A stretch of DNA of 63,611 nucleotides, counting the filler, from Rhabdomonas costata (lineage: Eukaryota): NCBI GenBank assembly GCA_019059605.1. It is 50 parts of 50 records of this genome, joined end to end, with 100 filler letters (N's around TTAATTAATTAA, not from the genome) between each part and the next. Parts side by side here need not be neighbours in the genome. Positions count along the whole stretch, not along the records: positions 1 to 1,175 come from JAHMHO010024988.1; positions 1,276 to 2,450 come from JAHMHO010024989.1; positions 2,551 to 3,723 come from JAHMHO010024990.1; positions 3,824 to 4,988 come from JAHMHO010024991.1; positions 5,089 to 6,263 come from JAHMHO010024992.1; positions 6,364 to 7,537 come from JAHMHO010024993.1; positions 7,638 to 8,812 come from JAHMHO010024994.1; positions 8,913 to 10,087 come from JAHMHO010024995.1; 42 more parts are not named here. The stretch is one strand, 5' to 3'. The position numbers and the translations under genes were made by a program. This document shows positions 1 to 13,050 of this stretch, in pieces. Below the pieces are notes generated by a model. That model had not been told where the DNA came from. It searched no databases and saw nothing but the letters and a program-made list of their open reading frames with translations. The stretch's first letter is position 1; the number at the start of each line of letters is the position of its first letter.

Positions 1-67
1 GGGGTGGTACTACCCCGAATACGAAAGGTTTTTGGTTTTTGTCTCTATCTATCTTGTGTCATCTCAG

Positions 68-988
68 GGGCGCTTCCTGCGGAGCAGGCGCGCTTCCAGA
101 ATGTTGACAAGGAGTTTGTGCGGGTGATGAAGGACATTGAGAGGGACCGCCGTGTGGTCTCCCTTGCCAAGGACACCCTGCTCCCGGAAAAGCTCAAGGT
201 AGACCGCGTTGCCGCTGCATGTACTGAATAAGTTTGAGGGAGGGCCCTGTGCTGTAATCTTCGTTTTCTTACTTCTTCAGACTGTTTGGAGAGGCTGGGG
301 GGTTAGGGCCATTGAGGTATTGTGCGTTTCGCATTTAATGCCCTTTCTTTAGCGACCGTAGCTTACGAGGGGGAGGGGGTTTATATGAAGGTGGTATTTT
401 TACTCTCCATCCAGCTTTGTGCAGATTTGTATTGTTTTTGGATGGCTTAGAAATCAAGCCTGGAATGTACCCCTTTTCCTCCCATACGGTTCATTTCCCA
501 CTTGAGTTTGGCCAGTCCTCGCCCGCGACCTAAGCTGGAGCACTGACATGGGCAAGACCTTGGCATGGCCAAGGGTGACTGTGTTGTAGCTTAAGGATGT
601 CCCAGCTTAACCAATAACAGGCACGCCCGCAGTCGTCTTTCGTTCGTTCTTCTTTTATCTGCCAGTAGCAGCTTTGAGTGGTTCACCAGGGGATTCTGCA
701 TCTCTCCATGCACTTCGCCACTCTTGCTGACTTTATTTTTTTCAGAACGTTCTGGAGCAGCTGGAGCGGTGCCAGAAGGCGCTAAACGAGTTCCTGGAGA
801 TGAAGCGAGACAAGTTCCCGCGGTTCTACTTCATCGGGGATGACGACCTCCTGGAAATCTTGGGCCAGGCCCAGAACCCTGCAGTGATCCAGACCCATCT
901 CAAGAAGCTCTTCGCGGGCATCCACAAGGTGGGGTTCTCCCCCGACAGCTCCAAGATCATCGCCATCAAGAGCGCCGATGGCGAGGAG
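68..988 (+). CDS. DYNC2H1: Cytoplasmic dynein-2 (IFT dynein) heavy chain, two internal exons (68-198, 746-~988)
   Basis: Spliced translation GALPAEQARFQNVDKEFVRVM...KLK|NVLEQLERCQKALNEFLEMKRDKFPRFYFIGDDDLLEILGQAQNPAVIQTHLKKLFAGI matches the dynein HC N-terminal region 2, with DHC1b-type wording. GT..AG intron 199-745 has a GCTGAC branch-like motif and keeps the phase. Confidence 0.9.
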
Positions 989-1175
989 GTGTACTTGCCC
1001 TCAACCTGAAGGGCACACGGACACATGAACTGCGTCATTAGTTCACAGCAGTCATATTGTTCGTCATCAAAAAAGCAAAAAAAAAAAAAAGAATGAGCGT
1101 CCTACAAACTTCATCAAATTGCCAATGAAGATCATTAACCCAAGCTGAGCACCAGACAGAAGAGCTTCTGGAGAG

Positions 1176-1275
1176 NNNNNNNNNNNNNNNNNNNNNNNNN
1201 NNNNNNNNNNNNNNNNNNNTTAATTAATTAANNNNNNNNNNNNNNNNNNNNNNNNNNNNNNNNNNNNNNNNNNNN
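1176..1275. other. Artificial contig linker N44-TTAATTAATTAA-N44 (representative; recurs about every 1,275 bp through the window)
   Basis: Identical 100-bp spacer with stops in all six frames between ~1.17-kb segments (e.g. 1-1175, 1276-2450, 5089-6263, 26755-27929, 62438-63611). Confidence 0.99.
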
Positions 1276-2214
1276 TGTTTTTTTTTGGGATCGCAGGGGT
1301 GAGCGGTGGGAGAAGGGTGTGGGGAAGAAAATCACAGCTGCAAGCCAAGAGCAATTTAGATTTATTTCCGATTTACACAATTTACACACGCCCGCTGAGG
1401 GAGTCAGTATTACTCGGCTAAGTAGGAAAGCGATGATGATATCCACAAGACATCTGGCTCATTCGGTGCATTTCTGTTGTTCAGCTGCAGCTGAGGAACA
1501 CATCTATCGTCCAGCTGCATAGCGTCCCACGGGTTCGGTGGGAAGTTGAGGTTTTGGGGGATAGCACCCAGAAAGCCACAGATGACAGGTTTCACACTAA
1601 TGAGGGTGGGGGGTGTAAAAGAAGCCATCTTGCCCACATTTCCAGCCAGTGATGAAGTTGTTGATAGGGATCTTGCCTGAGGGAAAAGCATGTATGTAGT
1701 GATACCGGGTGGATCTGGACGTCCAGCGGATTGCAGGATAACGTTGCGCACCGTGAACGAATATTTTGAGGGTATAGGGGGTGAGCTACGGGAAGAATGG
1801 AGTCAAAAAGTCTAAATATGGCCCCTTTTAGTCGCATTGAGGCTGCGAGCGGGGTTTGGAGAGTTGTCAGGTCTGAACGGAAGGGAAGGAACCGGCGTGA
1901 GGTTGGATTTCACAGTGAGAGAATAAGGCAACTCACAGGTGCAATACGAACGGTGAGGTATGACCGGATGTGCGTGCTGCGAGGATCCCAATATAAACAG
2001 TAGGGGACTGTTGACCCATAACCCATGACTTGGCCGGGAAAGTTGCTGATCCTTTGGGTGAAGGTACCGTGGCGAATGCACTGATGCACGCTGGTTACTA
2101 CGTAGAACTAATCCTAATCCCATCCCCAACTAAACAATCATAGATCACCCCAAGGGACACCTCCCCATCACAAAACCCATTGGGGAGGCAGCATGTGGGT
2201 CACAACGCAGATAC

Positions 2215-2321
2215 CCCGCACCGCAGCCCACCACAAGGCCCACAGTCAGGGGGATGCTGGAGTCGATGTCCGCCATCCACACACTTCTCTTGGTGCCCAC
2301 CACCATGACCCACTGAATACC
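2215..2321 (-). CDS. Exon of a membrane receptor-type protein (end of sensor domain into TM helix), probably receptor adenylate cyclase family
   Basis: ttcag|GIQWVMVVGTKRSVWMADIDSSIPLTVGLVVGCGAG|gtatct; G-x-x-W-hydrophobic strand then a TM start, typical just before TM-HAMP. Confidence 0.5.
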
Positions 2322-2560
2322 CTGAATTCCGTGCGCAGGCAGATTTACAAACACACACACACACACACGACGCAGCACTCAAGGCGGGACAAGACACTTC
2401 GAAAACTAAAATAACTCATGATGCCGAAACACGTTTCCATACACCAACACNNNNNNNNNNNNNNNNNNNNNNNNNNNNNNNNNNNNNNNNNNNNTTAATT
2501 AATTAANNNNNNNNNNNNNNNNNNNNNNNNNNNNNNNNNNNNNNNNNNNNGGGGGTGGGG

Positions 2561-2666
2561 TGTGGTTGTCTGTGTTTTTTCTTTGTTTTTTTTTGTATGT
2601 GCCGGAGCTGACCCCCCACCTCCGGCACATACAAAAAAAAACAAAGAAAAAACACAGACAACCACA
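2561..2666. repeat. 47-bp perfect inverted repeat at contig start (likely WGA fold-back chimera)
   Basis: 2561-2607 is the reverse complement of 2620-2666, with a 12-nt loop. Confidence 0.9.
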
Positions 2667-2671
2667 GACAC

Positions 2672-2796
2672 CTGCAAAGACAATGGAAGAGTCCATGAGC
2701 TGCTTCCCAGCGCCCTTCAGCACGCCCTGGCCCAGACCTGCGGCCACGTGCGCGGTGTTGTACAGGAACGCCACCCAGATCGTGCTGCAGAACAGG
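2672..2796 (-). CDS. Internal exon, unknown (hydrophobic) protein
   Basis: gcag|c LFCSTIWVAFLYNTAHVAAGLGQGVLKGAGKQLMDSSIVFA g|gtgtct; high GC3. Confidence 0.55.
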
Positions 2797-3829
2797 CTGC
2801 GCAGCCACACATACACACATGGATGCGTGCCGTCCAAGAAGAAGGGGAGGGAAGAAACTAAGAAAAAAACAGTACGAAGGAAGTTGGCGCGGGGTCCCCT
2901 GTTTTGAAACGAACCCGAAAGTTTTCGGGGGGGTTACACCTTGAAAACAGTTAAATGTGGAGTGCTGCGACGTACCTGCTGCGCCGAAAACGCGATGTTT
3001 TCGGGTGCTCGTGGTAATGTTTGAATGTGTCAACGCTCCTGCTAAATTTTCAAGCGAGCTGCGGATTCTGTAACCAGCAGCTTTTGGCGAAGGGTACGTG
3101 TTGTTTGAGTTGGCAATCAGTCATGAGTTGTGGTGCAGTACGGAGTTTACGGTGAAATGTACTCAACATGTATCAAGAATAAATCGAGCGGCCACCGCCA
3201 CGGCAAGGTAGGAAAACACGACCGGGCACAGAAACCGGACTCAGAGGAGCCTACCCAAATCCGGACTCTCAAGGGGTTGGGAAAGCAGCAACGGGCGGAC
3301 ACTCGAAACGCACACGGAGGCGACGCGCTGGGAGCGCCCTGCTTAGCAACAAGCAAAAAACAATCTTGGCTGAGCAGTGGGAGGGGGCCCAGCTCGGGCG
3401 GCGCGGACCACGCAGTTGGAAACCAAAACCAAAATATTCCTACTTTAAGCCTTAAAATCACGCTTCTGAGATGCCTCGCGTTACACACGCTTTTCGCGAT
3501 AAATTTTGATAAAATGGGGCAACGGGTCCCGCTCACGCGCCAAGTCACTTTAGGCCACCCCGTTCAAAATTTCCAGAAAAACCAGTCCGACCGCTGCGTG
3601 CGGGGTGTGCGCGAAGCGGTTCGAAATGGCTCGCCATTCTCAGCAACGCCTGGAGTTGTCCCTATTGTCGTTGGGAGAATTGGGAGAGGGGGGGTAAGAA
3701 TGTCCATTGATAACAAAAACCACNNNNNNNNNNNNNNNNNNNNNNNNNNNNNNNNNNNNNNNNNNNNTTAATTAATTAANNNNNNNNNNNNNNNNNNNNN
3801 NNNNNNNNNNNNNNNNNNNNNNNTGTGGG

Positions 3830-3943
3830 TGGGGCATTTTTCGTTTTCACGTGTATTGACTGAAACGGCTCCTTGCTGTGTGTTGGTAGACAAACGGTAC
3901 AGGCGAAACAGATTCAATACACGTGAAAACGAAAAATGCCCCA
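3830..3943. repeat. 30-bp inverted repeat at contig start (likely fold-back chimera)
   Basis: 3830-3859 is the reverse complement of 3914-3943. Confidence 0.88.
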
Positions 3944-6735
3944 TCCAGACCTCTGCAAGTCCGAAATGTCTGCCTCTTTTTCTTGAAAAGGAGGTTTTCC
4001 ACCTCTCAGTATTGAGCTTCGGCAATATGTATGTTTGAAGCGGCGCCGTATGACGTACGACGTTATACCGTGTGACAACGCTTTACAGGACAAGAACCCC
4101 GTATCAAGACGCTGTGCTGCAGAGCAACGTTATTCCGCAGACCAAGACATAACATTTAGCGACGGTTTAACAGCCTCCCCGTAAAGAAAAACACACCTAA
4201 CCGATCCGTTGCCCCATCCAAAGGATTCAAAGGTTGTGGATTGTCATCTGGTACGTGCACACATACGCACACACGCGCGAGTTCACGAACCTCCTCTGTG
4301 GCATGGTCCAGGTTTTTCAGCAGCAGTACCAGCTTCCCCTTCTTCTCTGCATCCTCTTCTGAAGGCCCCGCCTAAACGAAGAGTGTAGTGGAAAGCGTCT
4401 GCAAAATCGGCGAACAGCTCCCTGAATGTTGGTGACCACTATCGACAGCAGCGGTGTGTATACATGTGGGGGCAAAGGTACTTGGGGGGGGGGCGTTAAA
4501 CGTTTAACAGCGTTATTGTGGATCGATTGGATCAACCCCCGCCCACATGTGTGTATGGAGTTGCATGCTGTGCTTTTCATGGTTCTTTGTGCATCTTGGC
4601 ATGACCAGGTAACTCTTACGCCGCATCAATCACCGCTTCCCCAGACACGCACGCAATGCGAGCATTCCTTGAGCATAGCGCACGCGCACTGTGCCAACCA
4701 TCCTTTTCTCCGGTTGAGTCGCGCACCCCAGGCAGTACATGCCTTCTGTGTGTCTGCGGCGGGTTCACACAGGATGCCATGGGTAATGCAGTAACGAAGG
4801 GACTCCGATGAACCGCTCGTATATCGTGCGTCAAACATTTCTCCAGGAGCTTGATTTAACGCGAGGGCTGTCAGAGTTCATTGCCCGTCAACAGTGAATA
4901 ATTGCCATGCAAAAAATAACAAAAAGGGAAACCGAGAGGTTACAAAACAAGCACTCAGATATACTTGAAACCACATTGGCATTCTCACNNNNNNNNNNNN
5001 NNNNNNNNNNNNNNNNNNNNNNNNNNNNNNNNTTAATTAATTAANNNNNNNNNNNNNNNNNNNNNNNNNNNNNNNNNNNNNNNNNNNNGGGGGTGGGGGT
5101 GGAAGGATGGCTCGTGCAAAAAAGCAGACGACGTGTATTTGGAGGAGTGGACTGATTTATGACGGAAGAGACAACGTAGACCACCGTGACTTAACATTCC
5201 ATATTGGCCATTTGAGGGTGAGTGGATGGGTGTAGAGGGCAGTTCCAGAATTTAGCGCTCCTCATCGAACGCTCCATCCCAGCCCCAGCAGTCCCAGCCC
5301 GACCCTGGAACAAACCGCAATTGTCTGCAAAAGCAAAGAAATTGAGTAGTGCAAAGGGTTTAAGTACTACTAAAAGAACCCCCCCTTCAACTCCCTACTA
5401 TCACGTAATAGGGAGCACACAGCGGTGACACATTTTGGTGGCAAACGTGCAACTGCACTTGGAGCTAAGAAATCGGCCAAGGGGGTCAAACAAAGAAGGA
5501 TTCTGAGGTGGGAGGGTCTCGGGCGCTCTACCCCGCCAGGCAAAGATTTCTTTGCAGAGGCCACGGGGGGAAGCTTCTCGAGTCCCTTAGAAAGGGTTTC
5601 CATCTTCGCACGGAAGGTCATGCCGCCCCACGTGCCGTGACGGGTGAGGGGATTGCGGGCGGGGGAGAGATCTGTGGAGGACTCTCCGGAAGAAAGCTCA
5701 GGGGAGAGCGGACCAGGACCTGAGGAAGTCCACGAATAATATAGGCAGGGGGCCACGAACCCAAGCATATGTCCGAAAACCGCCACAGGGCGACCCCGGA
5801 TTGATTCAAACAGCACCTAAAACCTCACCATAAGTTTGCAATTCGACCCAACTGCCTCCAACACACCATAGTCCGAAAACATACTCAATACTCATACTGG
5901 CGTCCATTCCTGCTTCCAGGAACGGGTGCTAAAACCTGAGCCAATCCACCTTTCACCGTACATACCGATACGTAGCCGCTCTGTGCGCTTCAGAGATGGA
6001 AGGCAGGCGCCAAAAGGTCCCCACAAGCAGAGCAGGGAAGGACAGTCCTTCAGACACTTTGTCACATTTTTGCTGTCAAGTGCAGGTTTAATACCGAAGG
6101 TGTTCCTTTTTGTGCTTTTTTCAGCCTACAGTGCACGCTTCAGAGATACAAAAGAGCAACCATCGCAAAAAGAAACGCATCCCGGTCCCTAACAAGGCCC
6201 CCCCCCACAATCCCTCCCGACATCTGCAGCGCTACCGTTCTTGAAGAGCCTTTTCAACAAACANNNNNNNNNNNNNNNNNNNNNNNNNNNNNNNNNNNNN
6301 NNNNNNNTTAATTAATTAANNNNNNNNNNNNNNNNNNNNNNNNNNNNNNNNNNNNNNNNNNNNCACAGCAATCAGGGATGGGTTAAGAATTAAGAAAACG
6401 GAGAGACGACAAGCACAAACGATCAGTCCTGCGGCACTGGCGCGCTCTCATGATTATGATCGTCATGGAAAACATGCGCATTGAATCGTCGCCCCACCAC
6501 TTTTGGCAGCCAGCAGCCTCTCTCCTTTCACGCAGCAAAAGCAAGCGTAAGTCCATTCGGCTACAGCACCCTCTGCCCACCTGCCTCAGCGCAATAAACG
6601 CGGGGAGGCCACACCACTCCCAGAACACGGACCTGGGAGTGCACATGCACCACTCGTGGTGCCCAGAGCCTGGACTTTATCCAGCGTGGTTACAATAGCG
6701 ACGTCTTATTCCTTCGTTCAAAAAAAAAGGTTAAG

Positions 6736-7262
6736 GTCCATGAGACTCAGCGTGACGTCAAGCGTGACTTGGAAACCCAGATCCGGGCAACCTGCGAGCG
6801 GTTCTTCCAGGACTCCGTCGCCCTCGTGGCGGGCCCGTGGGCAGCGCTGCAGCAGCGGCTGGCCACGGACGGGAAGGGTAGCCCCGGCACTCCGATCCAG
6901 CAGCCCGCACGCTCGCCTGTGACAAGGAGCCCGGTGGGGGAGGGTGGAGACATTGACGGAGGCATGCATATGAAGCTGCATATGTTTTCGCCTTTGCGTG
7001 GCATCCACAAATGACAAAAGCGAGGGTCTTTCAGCTAGCTTTAAATCATAAGAGTTTTGTCTGGACGGCGGGGTCCGCTGCAAACTATTACTTTTATCCT
7101 CAGCATTCCATCTCTGATGCGCAATTTACGGTGGGAGCCGTTCTTGATTTCGGTATGATGGTGATAGTAGTGAACTGTGTGGTTGGTGTGCCTGCAGCGG
7201 TGGTGGCCAACGTGCAGCTCCACGCCCCACAGGCTGCAGACAGCTGGGACCAGCTGGCGAAG
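6736..7262 (+). CDS. COG3: COG complex subunit 3 (Sec34) C-terminal region, exons 6736-6877 and 7198-7262
   Basis: VHETQRDVKRDLETQIRATCERFFQDSVALVAGP resembles the COG3 D-x-K-x-(D/E)-L-E-x-x-L-x-x-x-C-E-x-F motif. Phase-1 GT-AG intron joins cleanly to AVVANVQLHAPQAADSWDQLAK|gtgagc. Confidence 0.65.
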
Positions 7263-7995
7263 GTGAGCCTTTGGATGTTTGGTTTATTGTGCGATGCTGA
7301 AAGAGTTTGACTCTCACTTGCCCTATTGGGCTCATACGTTTAGCCTCTCTTTTTTGTCTTTTGGGGGATATCTAAAGTTAGCGCCAGTCTCTTGCTGTTT
7401 TTCCCTGCCCTTTCAGCCCTCATTAGAATTTTCTGTGGTGCACCTCACCTCCCACCCACCCAACCCAGTTGTTGTGACAGAATCGCGCTGCCCACTGCGA
7501 TGAGTGTGCGTTCTGAGCATCCTTTTCCACCCCCCCCNNNNNNNNNNNNNNNNNNNNNNNNNNNNNNNNNNNNNNNNNNNNTTAATTAATTAANNNNNNN
7601 NNNNNNNNNNNNNNNNNNNNNNNNNNNNNNNNNNNNNCTTCCCCTTCCTCACCTGACATCAGCCCTTCCTTCCATTTTTGTGTATTCCGGCCGTTTGGTC
7701 GAACTTCGTACATATATTTGTTTGCCTGCCCCTTGGAAACCATGTCAGCATGGTCTTTTCTAATGGGTGTTGGAAGCTCCTTTGTTGGGGATGCTTGTTC
7801 TGGGACATATCATTGTTCTCCAGATGTACGGATGACAGTACAGTATGTTGACTGGATAGGGTTTACCAAAGCGTCATATGGTTGTCCCAAGGGCCGTCGT
7901 TGAAGGATTTGGCACCTGTCCCTCCGCTGTTTGCAGCTACTGCCTGTTAGTGTCTTCCCTTTGCGGTGGCCCTTGAGTTTGGAGAGTAGGGCCAT

Positions 7996-8604
7996 ATGCG
8001 GGGATGGTGGTCCCTCCTGGCGACCGTTCTGGTAGCCTTCTTCGTGGCTGCCTTTGTGCTGGCCCGGCAGCCGCGGTTTGGCACCACAGCTAAGGCCTCG
8101 AGTGTCGTTAAGCTCCCTCCCCCCGTGGCACTCGTTGTGAGCCTTCCCACGCCGCCCGCGGTGGCCGCTGTGCAGCCTCTGCGGATTCCAAAAGTGTGCC
8201 AATGCTTTATGGAATGGGCTGCTTTGCAGAGTCGTCTGAAATGCGGTCGTGACAGCGGAAAATTTGTCAATTCTTTCTTTCGAGTATTTTCGCGGCGGGG
8301 AGGAGAGAGATACCTCCATTGGTTCTCCTTTGGGTAGGTGTTGCTTCCGTATTGCCTAAACTCTCTTTAAACTGGCGTCGGGGGGGCACGTTACTGTGCT
8401 CATTGTGGTGATAAATGCATTTTATGGAGAACGTTGCCATTTTTGATGAAGTGAAGAAGAACTCGCACTTTGCCATGAACACGACCGTCTCTACGGGCGG
8501 GGAACCACTTATGCCACTCCTCTCCCAAATGAAGAAGCAACTACAAGAAAAGAAGGCGGGGACCAGCTTGGCAGTACTGCTGCAACAGTCCCCACAAACC
8601 GAAG
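7996..8604 (+). CDS. Putative exons (7996-8193 signal anchor plus Pro-rich stalk; ~8424-8604) of unknown protein(s)
   Basis: MRGWWSLLATVLVAFFVAAFVLARQ is an N-terminal hydrophobic helix ending at AAA|gtgtgc. A second open stretch ENVAIFDEVKK...QTE ends at G|gtagca. Whether the two join is uncertain. Confidence 0.4.
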
Positions 8605-9004
8605 GTAGCAAGCAGACACATCACATCTCCAAAACGTACATTCAGCGCGCAAACACACATATGAACAAACAACAAGCATATTGCACAGTAGGGAGACCCA
8701 ATCCGCCTCCCATGGCTCCCAGGCACAGCAAAGCCCACTCTGGCGCGAATGGGAAGGCACTATGAGGTCCACAGCAAACTCAACGGACCTAACGGACAGT
8801 ACCCCAACCAACNNNNNNNNNNNNNNNNNNNNNNNNNNNNNNNNNNNNNNNNNNNNTTAATTAATTAANNNNNNNNNNNNNNNNNNNNNNNNNNNNNNNN
8901 NNNNNNNNNNNNTTGTGGTTTGTGTGAAAATACATGTGGCACAGGCCAGGAGGGAGGAGTTTTGGTTGGGGGTTTATTGGGTGGTTGGGTTTTTGTTTCC
9001 ACAG

Positions 9005-10054
9005 AAGCCGTGCCTCACCTGCAGCCCACCGAGGACAGCACCACGGCGGAGCCCTCGGAGCTTCCGTGGAACGGTTCTGTGGCGCTACTGTACGAGGAAA
9101 TTCAGCAGGTGTGTGTGTGTGTGTTGTGTGCGCGCGCGCGCGCGTGCGTACGTGCGTGCATGCGTGCGTGTGACAGTCTTCCTTCCTTCAAAGTCGAGCT
9201 AGTTGCCGCCAGAATCGTGGATGTTCGAGCAATTTAATGGTGGAAGCCCTTTGCGATCGATCTGCAGATTACCGACGGGGAGGTCCGCGAGGAGTACTTT
9301 TCCGCAATGTCTGACTTGGTGCGGGCGGCCCGGTTTGGTCACCCTCCAGGTATTTCCTGTATTTTTCTCTCCTTGCCCTTTCCCTCGTCACGTACAGACG
9401 AGGGAATGAATGCTGATGAATCTCTCACCCTGATTCTCTTCACTTTTTTCCCCTCGGTTCAAATGTTACTCACTCCGGCCCGCATGTGAGAAGTGAAAAG
9501 GAGTCACCGAAAAAGACGTTAAGTTGTTTTTTCATGAATCCACACTGGTTTTCCTTGCCTTTCTTCTTCCTGTTTTTCTTTGTGCAAGAATTCCGCGACT
9601 GGTGTTGTTGTCTCGTAAATACAGTCTTTTTTCATGAGGTAAATTATGTAGCGTTGGCCTCGCTTCTTTTGCACCGGGAAAACTGGACAAGTTTTGCTGA
9701 CACACTGAAAAGTGATAGCTTTCCTGTGCTTCACCAGCTGCATGACAGTCCTTGCCGCTGTATCGCAATACAATTATTCAGTTGTTTGGGTGACTGCGAG
9801 GCTCCCTTGATGAAAAGCGCCGTGTGTGGATGCCCAGAGACGCTGCTATCGGTTCACTAGGGCCCCCTACAACGATTGCGTACAGCGCATTGTTCGACTT
9901 CTTTTCCTCGCTTGAGTAGGCCTGTGAGGTCATGCCGCATCCCTTTCTTTCTGTGCAGGGTCCGAGATTGACCTGCTCGTGCAGCGCAAGCCCGAGGGGG
10001 CCCGGTTCGAGCCCCTCGTGGCCTATGCCGCCATGCGGGAAGCCCTCGAGGGGG
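9005..10054 (+). CDS. Three phase-consistent exons (9005-9108, 9268-9349, 9959-~10054), unknown protein
   Basis: AVPHLQPTEDS...LLYEEIQQ|ITDGEVREEYFSAMSDLVRAARFGHPP|GSEIDLLVQRKPEGARFEPLVAYAAMREALEG; all AG/GT-bounded. Confidence 0.65.
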
Positions 10055-10547
10055 GTGTGAGCAGGAAAGGGAGGGGGGAGGTTGCATNNNNNNNNNNNNN
10101 NNNNNNNNNNNNNNNNNNNNNNNNNNNNNNNTTAATTAATTAANNNNNNNNNNNNNNNNNNNNNNNNNNNNNNNNNNNNNNNNNNNNGGGGTGTTGTGCT
10201 TGGACGCCAGAAAACCTCCTTCATGTGTCGCCTTTGGGGTTCATGACGACGAAAACTTCCCCACTCCCGTCAGACATCGTTCCTTGTCCCAGCCGCCCAC
10301 TTCGGTCGCGCCGCGGCCTTCGTCACTAAAAAAAAACTCAGTCCTCTGTGTCATCTCCTGAGAACCGTTGATCGCCCTTCCCGGGCGAATTCACAGAAGT
10401 CATCCCCTAACACCAGAAGTACCGAGGAAAGGTGTTCCAATACAAAACGTCCACTACATTAGCACACCGTTAAGCAACGTTAAACCGTTTCATATCACCC
10501 AATGCGTCGGACCGCTTATGAAATGCTTCCCCTCTCCTTCCTCGCAG

Positions 10548-11079
10548 TTCCTGGAGCTGATGATGAGCAACCAGGATTTGATCGACGCGGCGCGGAGGCG
10601 GGAGGCCTCTCCCGCGGAGACGGTGCAGAAGGCGCTGTGGACGCCGCGGTTCATGCCGGACGCCCCGTGGAGGTGGGCCTGGGACTCGCTTCAGGTCTGG
10701 TGCGTGACAATGTTAGAGCGGTGCAACTCTCTGGTGTGTAACCCTGTTGGATCCCCGAACGTCCTCAATTTTATGTCATGGATTGTGGGTGCCGTCGATA
10801 AACCCTCCGCTGTGGTTAGGAAAGAAGCGGCACAAGAGAGAAAAAGTCGCCGTCACTGACTCGCTGGGTCTTTGGCTTCTGCCCGTCGCGGGTTGCGCAG
10901 ATGGTGGTGATCACGTACTGGGCGATTACCGCACCGCTGTGGATTGTGGGCGCCGCGGCATCCTCAACGCAATGGAGATCGGGCTCGGCCGACGTCGCTG
11001 CTGCGGACTCTGTATTCACCGTGCTGCTGTTCCTGGACATCTGCCTCAGAATCAACACGGCCTTTGTCTCCGGGGGAAG
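10548..11079 (+). CDS. Cyclic-nucleotide-gated / EAG-type cation channel, S1-S2 region (exons 10548-10694, 10901-11079)
   Basis: PDAPWRWAWDSLQ|MVVITYWAITAPL...DSVFTVLLFLDICLRINTAF matches the CNBD-channel pattern P-x4-WD...Y-x4-P...F-x-D-I-x-L-x-x-x-TAF. Confidence 0.8.
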
Positions 11080-13050
11080 GTATATTCGGGCCGCGTTTTG
11101 GTGGAAGTTCTGTCTCTTTTAAAGAAAATAGCAGGTATGATGAATGTAGTCATCACTGGGTAGTTCCCTTGCCTATACTACTTGGCCCTAAGGGCGTTCA
11201 AACAACCCCTATTCTGGCAGCACCGAGTCTTATCTATGACCTCTGAATGCGGCAACTTTCTATGGGGTGCTCCGCAGTTGGTTTTATGTCTACGGCGTAG
11301 AGTTCCGTCTTTGCAGCCACATCACAACGCTTTGGCATCCCCCTCCTTTCTGCCCACACACANNNNNNNNNNNNNNNNNNNNNNNNNNNNNNNNNNNNNN
11401 NNNNNNTTAATTAATTAANNNNNNNNNNNNNNNNNNNNNNNNNNNNNNNNNNNNNNNNNNNNAGGCTTGGAGACGTTTGGTGAGAAGACCGTGGAAAGCA
11501 GCCCCGGGAGGATAGTAAGGTGGCGGCAAAGTGCAGCAGGCGGAGGGTTGAGTCAGCAAGGCCCCGGCCAGCAGCGCCAGTTGAGGAGAAGGCCTTGGAA
11601 AAGCGCAGTGGGACCCCGGTGCGGGAGGGCAATCCGACGAGAAGAAGCAGAGCGGGACACGAAGCTGAAGAAGAACAACCCCACGAGAGGAGAGGCAGCC
11701 CTAACACAAGGTCAGCGCAGAGGAAAGGAAGGCAGGGCAAAGAGAAAAGAGGGGAGCAGCCCGAGCCAAAAAGGACAGAAAAGCCAGAAGCAGAGAGCGA
11801 AAGCATATATTAGGAGAGAGCAAAGTGGGACAAAGGAGGCCGAAGCGGAGAGAAGCAGGGATAAAAGGGAGGGAGCAAAAGAGAAGCAAAAGAGCCAGCA
11901 GTAGCAGCAGTCAAAGGCGGAGTTTGAGCAAAAAGCCGAGCGAAAGAGAAGCCAGGAGGCAAAGGGAAGGGCAGCCAAAAGGAAGAAGCGGCGTTTTCAG
12001 AAGATTGCAGGATCGTAAGATAAATGAAAGCAAGGAGAAGAGAAAGTAGCAGAGAAATTGAGGTGAGAGGCGGTTTTCGTAGAGTTGGAGCTCCGGAGGC
12101 TCAGTGGGAAGATGGGCGTGGCGAGAAAAGAAATCGAATCGCAAGCAGAAAGTTGAAAGCGGAGGAGTTTGCATTCGTACAAGAACTATCTTGAAAGAGT
12201 TCGACGAGGAGAACGCGGTGGAGCAAAGAATTTCAAAGAAGTTCGAAGGATTTCGAGGACGATGTGTTGATGTTCAAGAATGCCGCGGATTTTAAAGAAG
12301 ATTACGTTGAGTGAAATCTTGAAGACTTTCTGCATTTAGTTGAAGAATCCAAAGGGGCTTTGGATGTGTTTTGTGGCTTTTTGACCTGACGTGTTGGAGT
12401 AGGAATTTGATGTTTGCGTCCAGCAATGGGCTGAGGTTTGGTGTGTTTGATTTCCTCTTTCTTGCTTTTGTTTGGGGTTTTGGTTTTAGGGGTTGAGTTC
12501 GTAGGGTGCAGCGCAAGCGGTTTTGTGAAGGTTTGGGCGGTGGAGCTGTGTATCGTAAGTCGTGCGGTGTTTGGCTGGACTTGCCTTGTTCGTACTGTTT
12601 GGCTGTTGCTGCGCTCACCTTGCTTCTACACACAAGCCNNNNNNNNNNNNNNNNNNNNNNNNNNNNNNNNNNNNNNNNNNNNTTAATTAATTAANNNNNN
12701 NNNNNNNNNNNNNNNNNNNNNNNNNNNNNNNNNNNNNNTTTGGTGGAGGACATGCACGAGGTTTTTTGTGGGTCTAGAATTTGTTTTGGGGATGGAGGAA
12801 AAGACGGAATGGATTTGGCACGAACCGCTACAGCTATTTGGAAATGCGTCTAGCTCCCTGGGTTTATCCAGCGTTTTAGTTGACGTGGCATCAGCCGCGC
12901 CTCACTTATAGCGCTCTTTATTCGAAGCTTGCAATAAATTTTTTGAGGGACCTGGAATTCATGATGTACGTTACGTTTTGTTAACAGTCCTGATGATTTT
13001 TTTGTTGCCCGGTTTACTGGTGGGTCTTGGTCGTTATCTCGTTATCTTAG

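Noticed and set aside
1220-1231. TTAATTAATTAA recurring at ~1,275-bp spacing, which looks like a CRISPR-like or regular repeat array
   Set aside because: Always embedded in N44 blocks; an artificial six-frame-stop linker.
2561-2666. Terminal hairpins as MITEs, miRNA precursors, terminators or hairpin telomeres
   Set aside because: All lie at contig ends and show primer-overwritten termini, and one interrupts a conserved exon; best explained as amplification chimeras.
9109-9172. (GT)n/(GC)n alternating purine-pyrimidine tract with Z-DNA potential
   Set aside because: Ordinary intronic microsatellite; similar tracts are common in the window.
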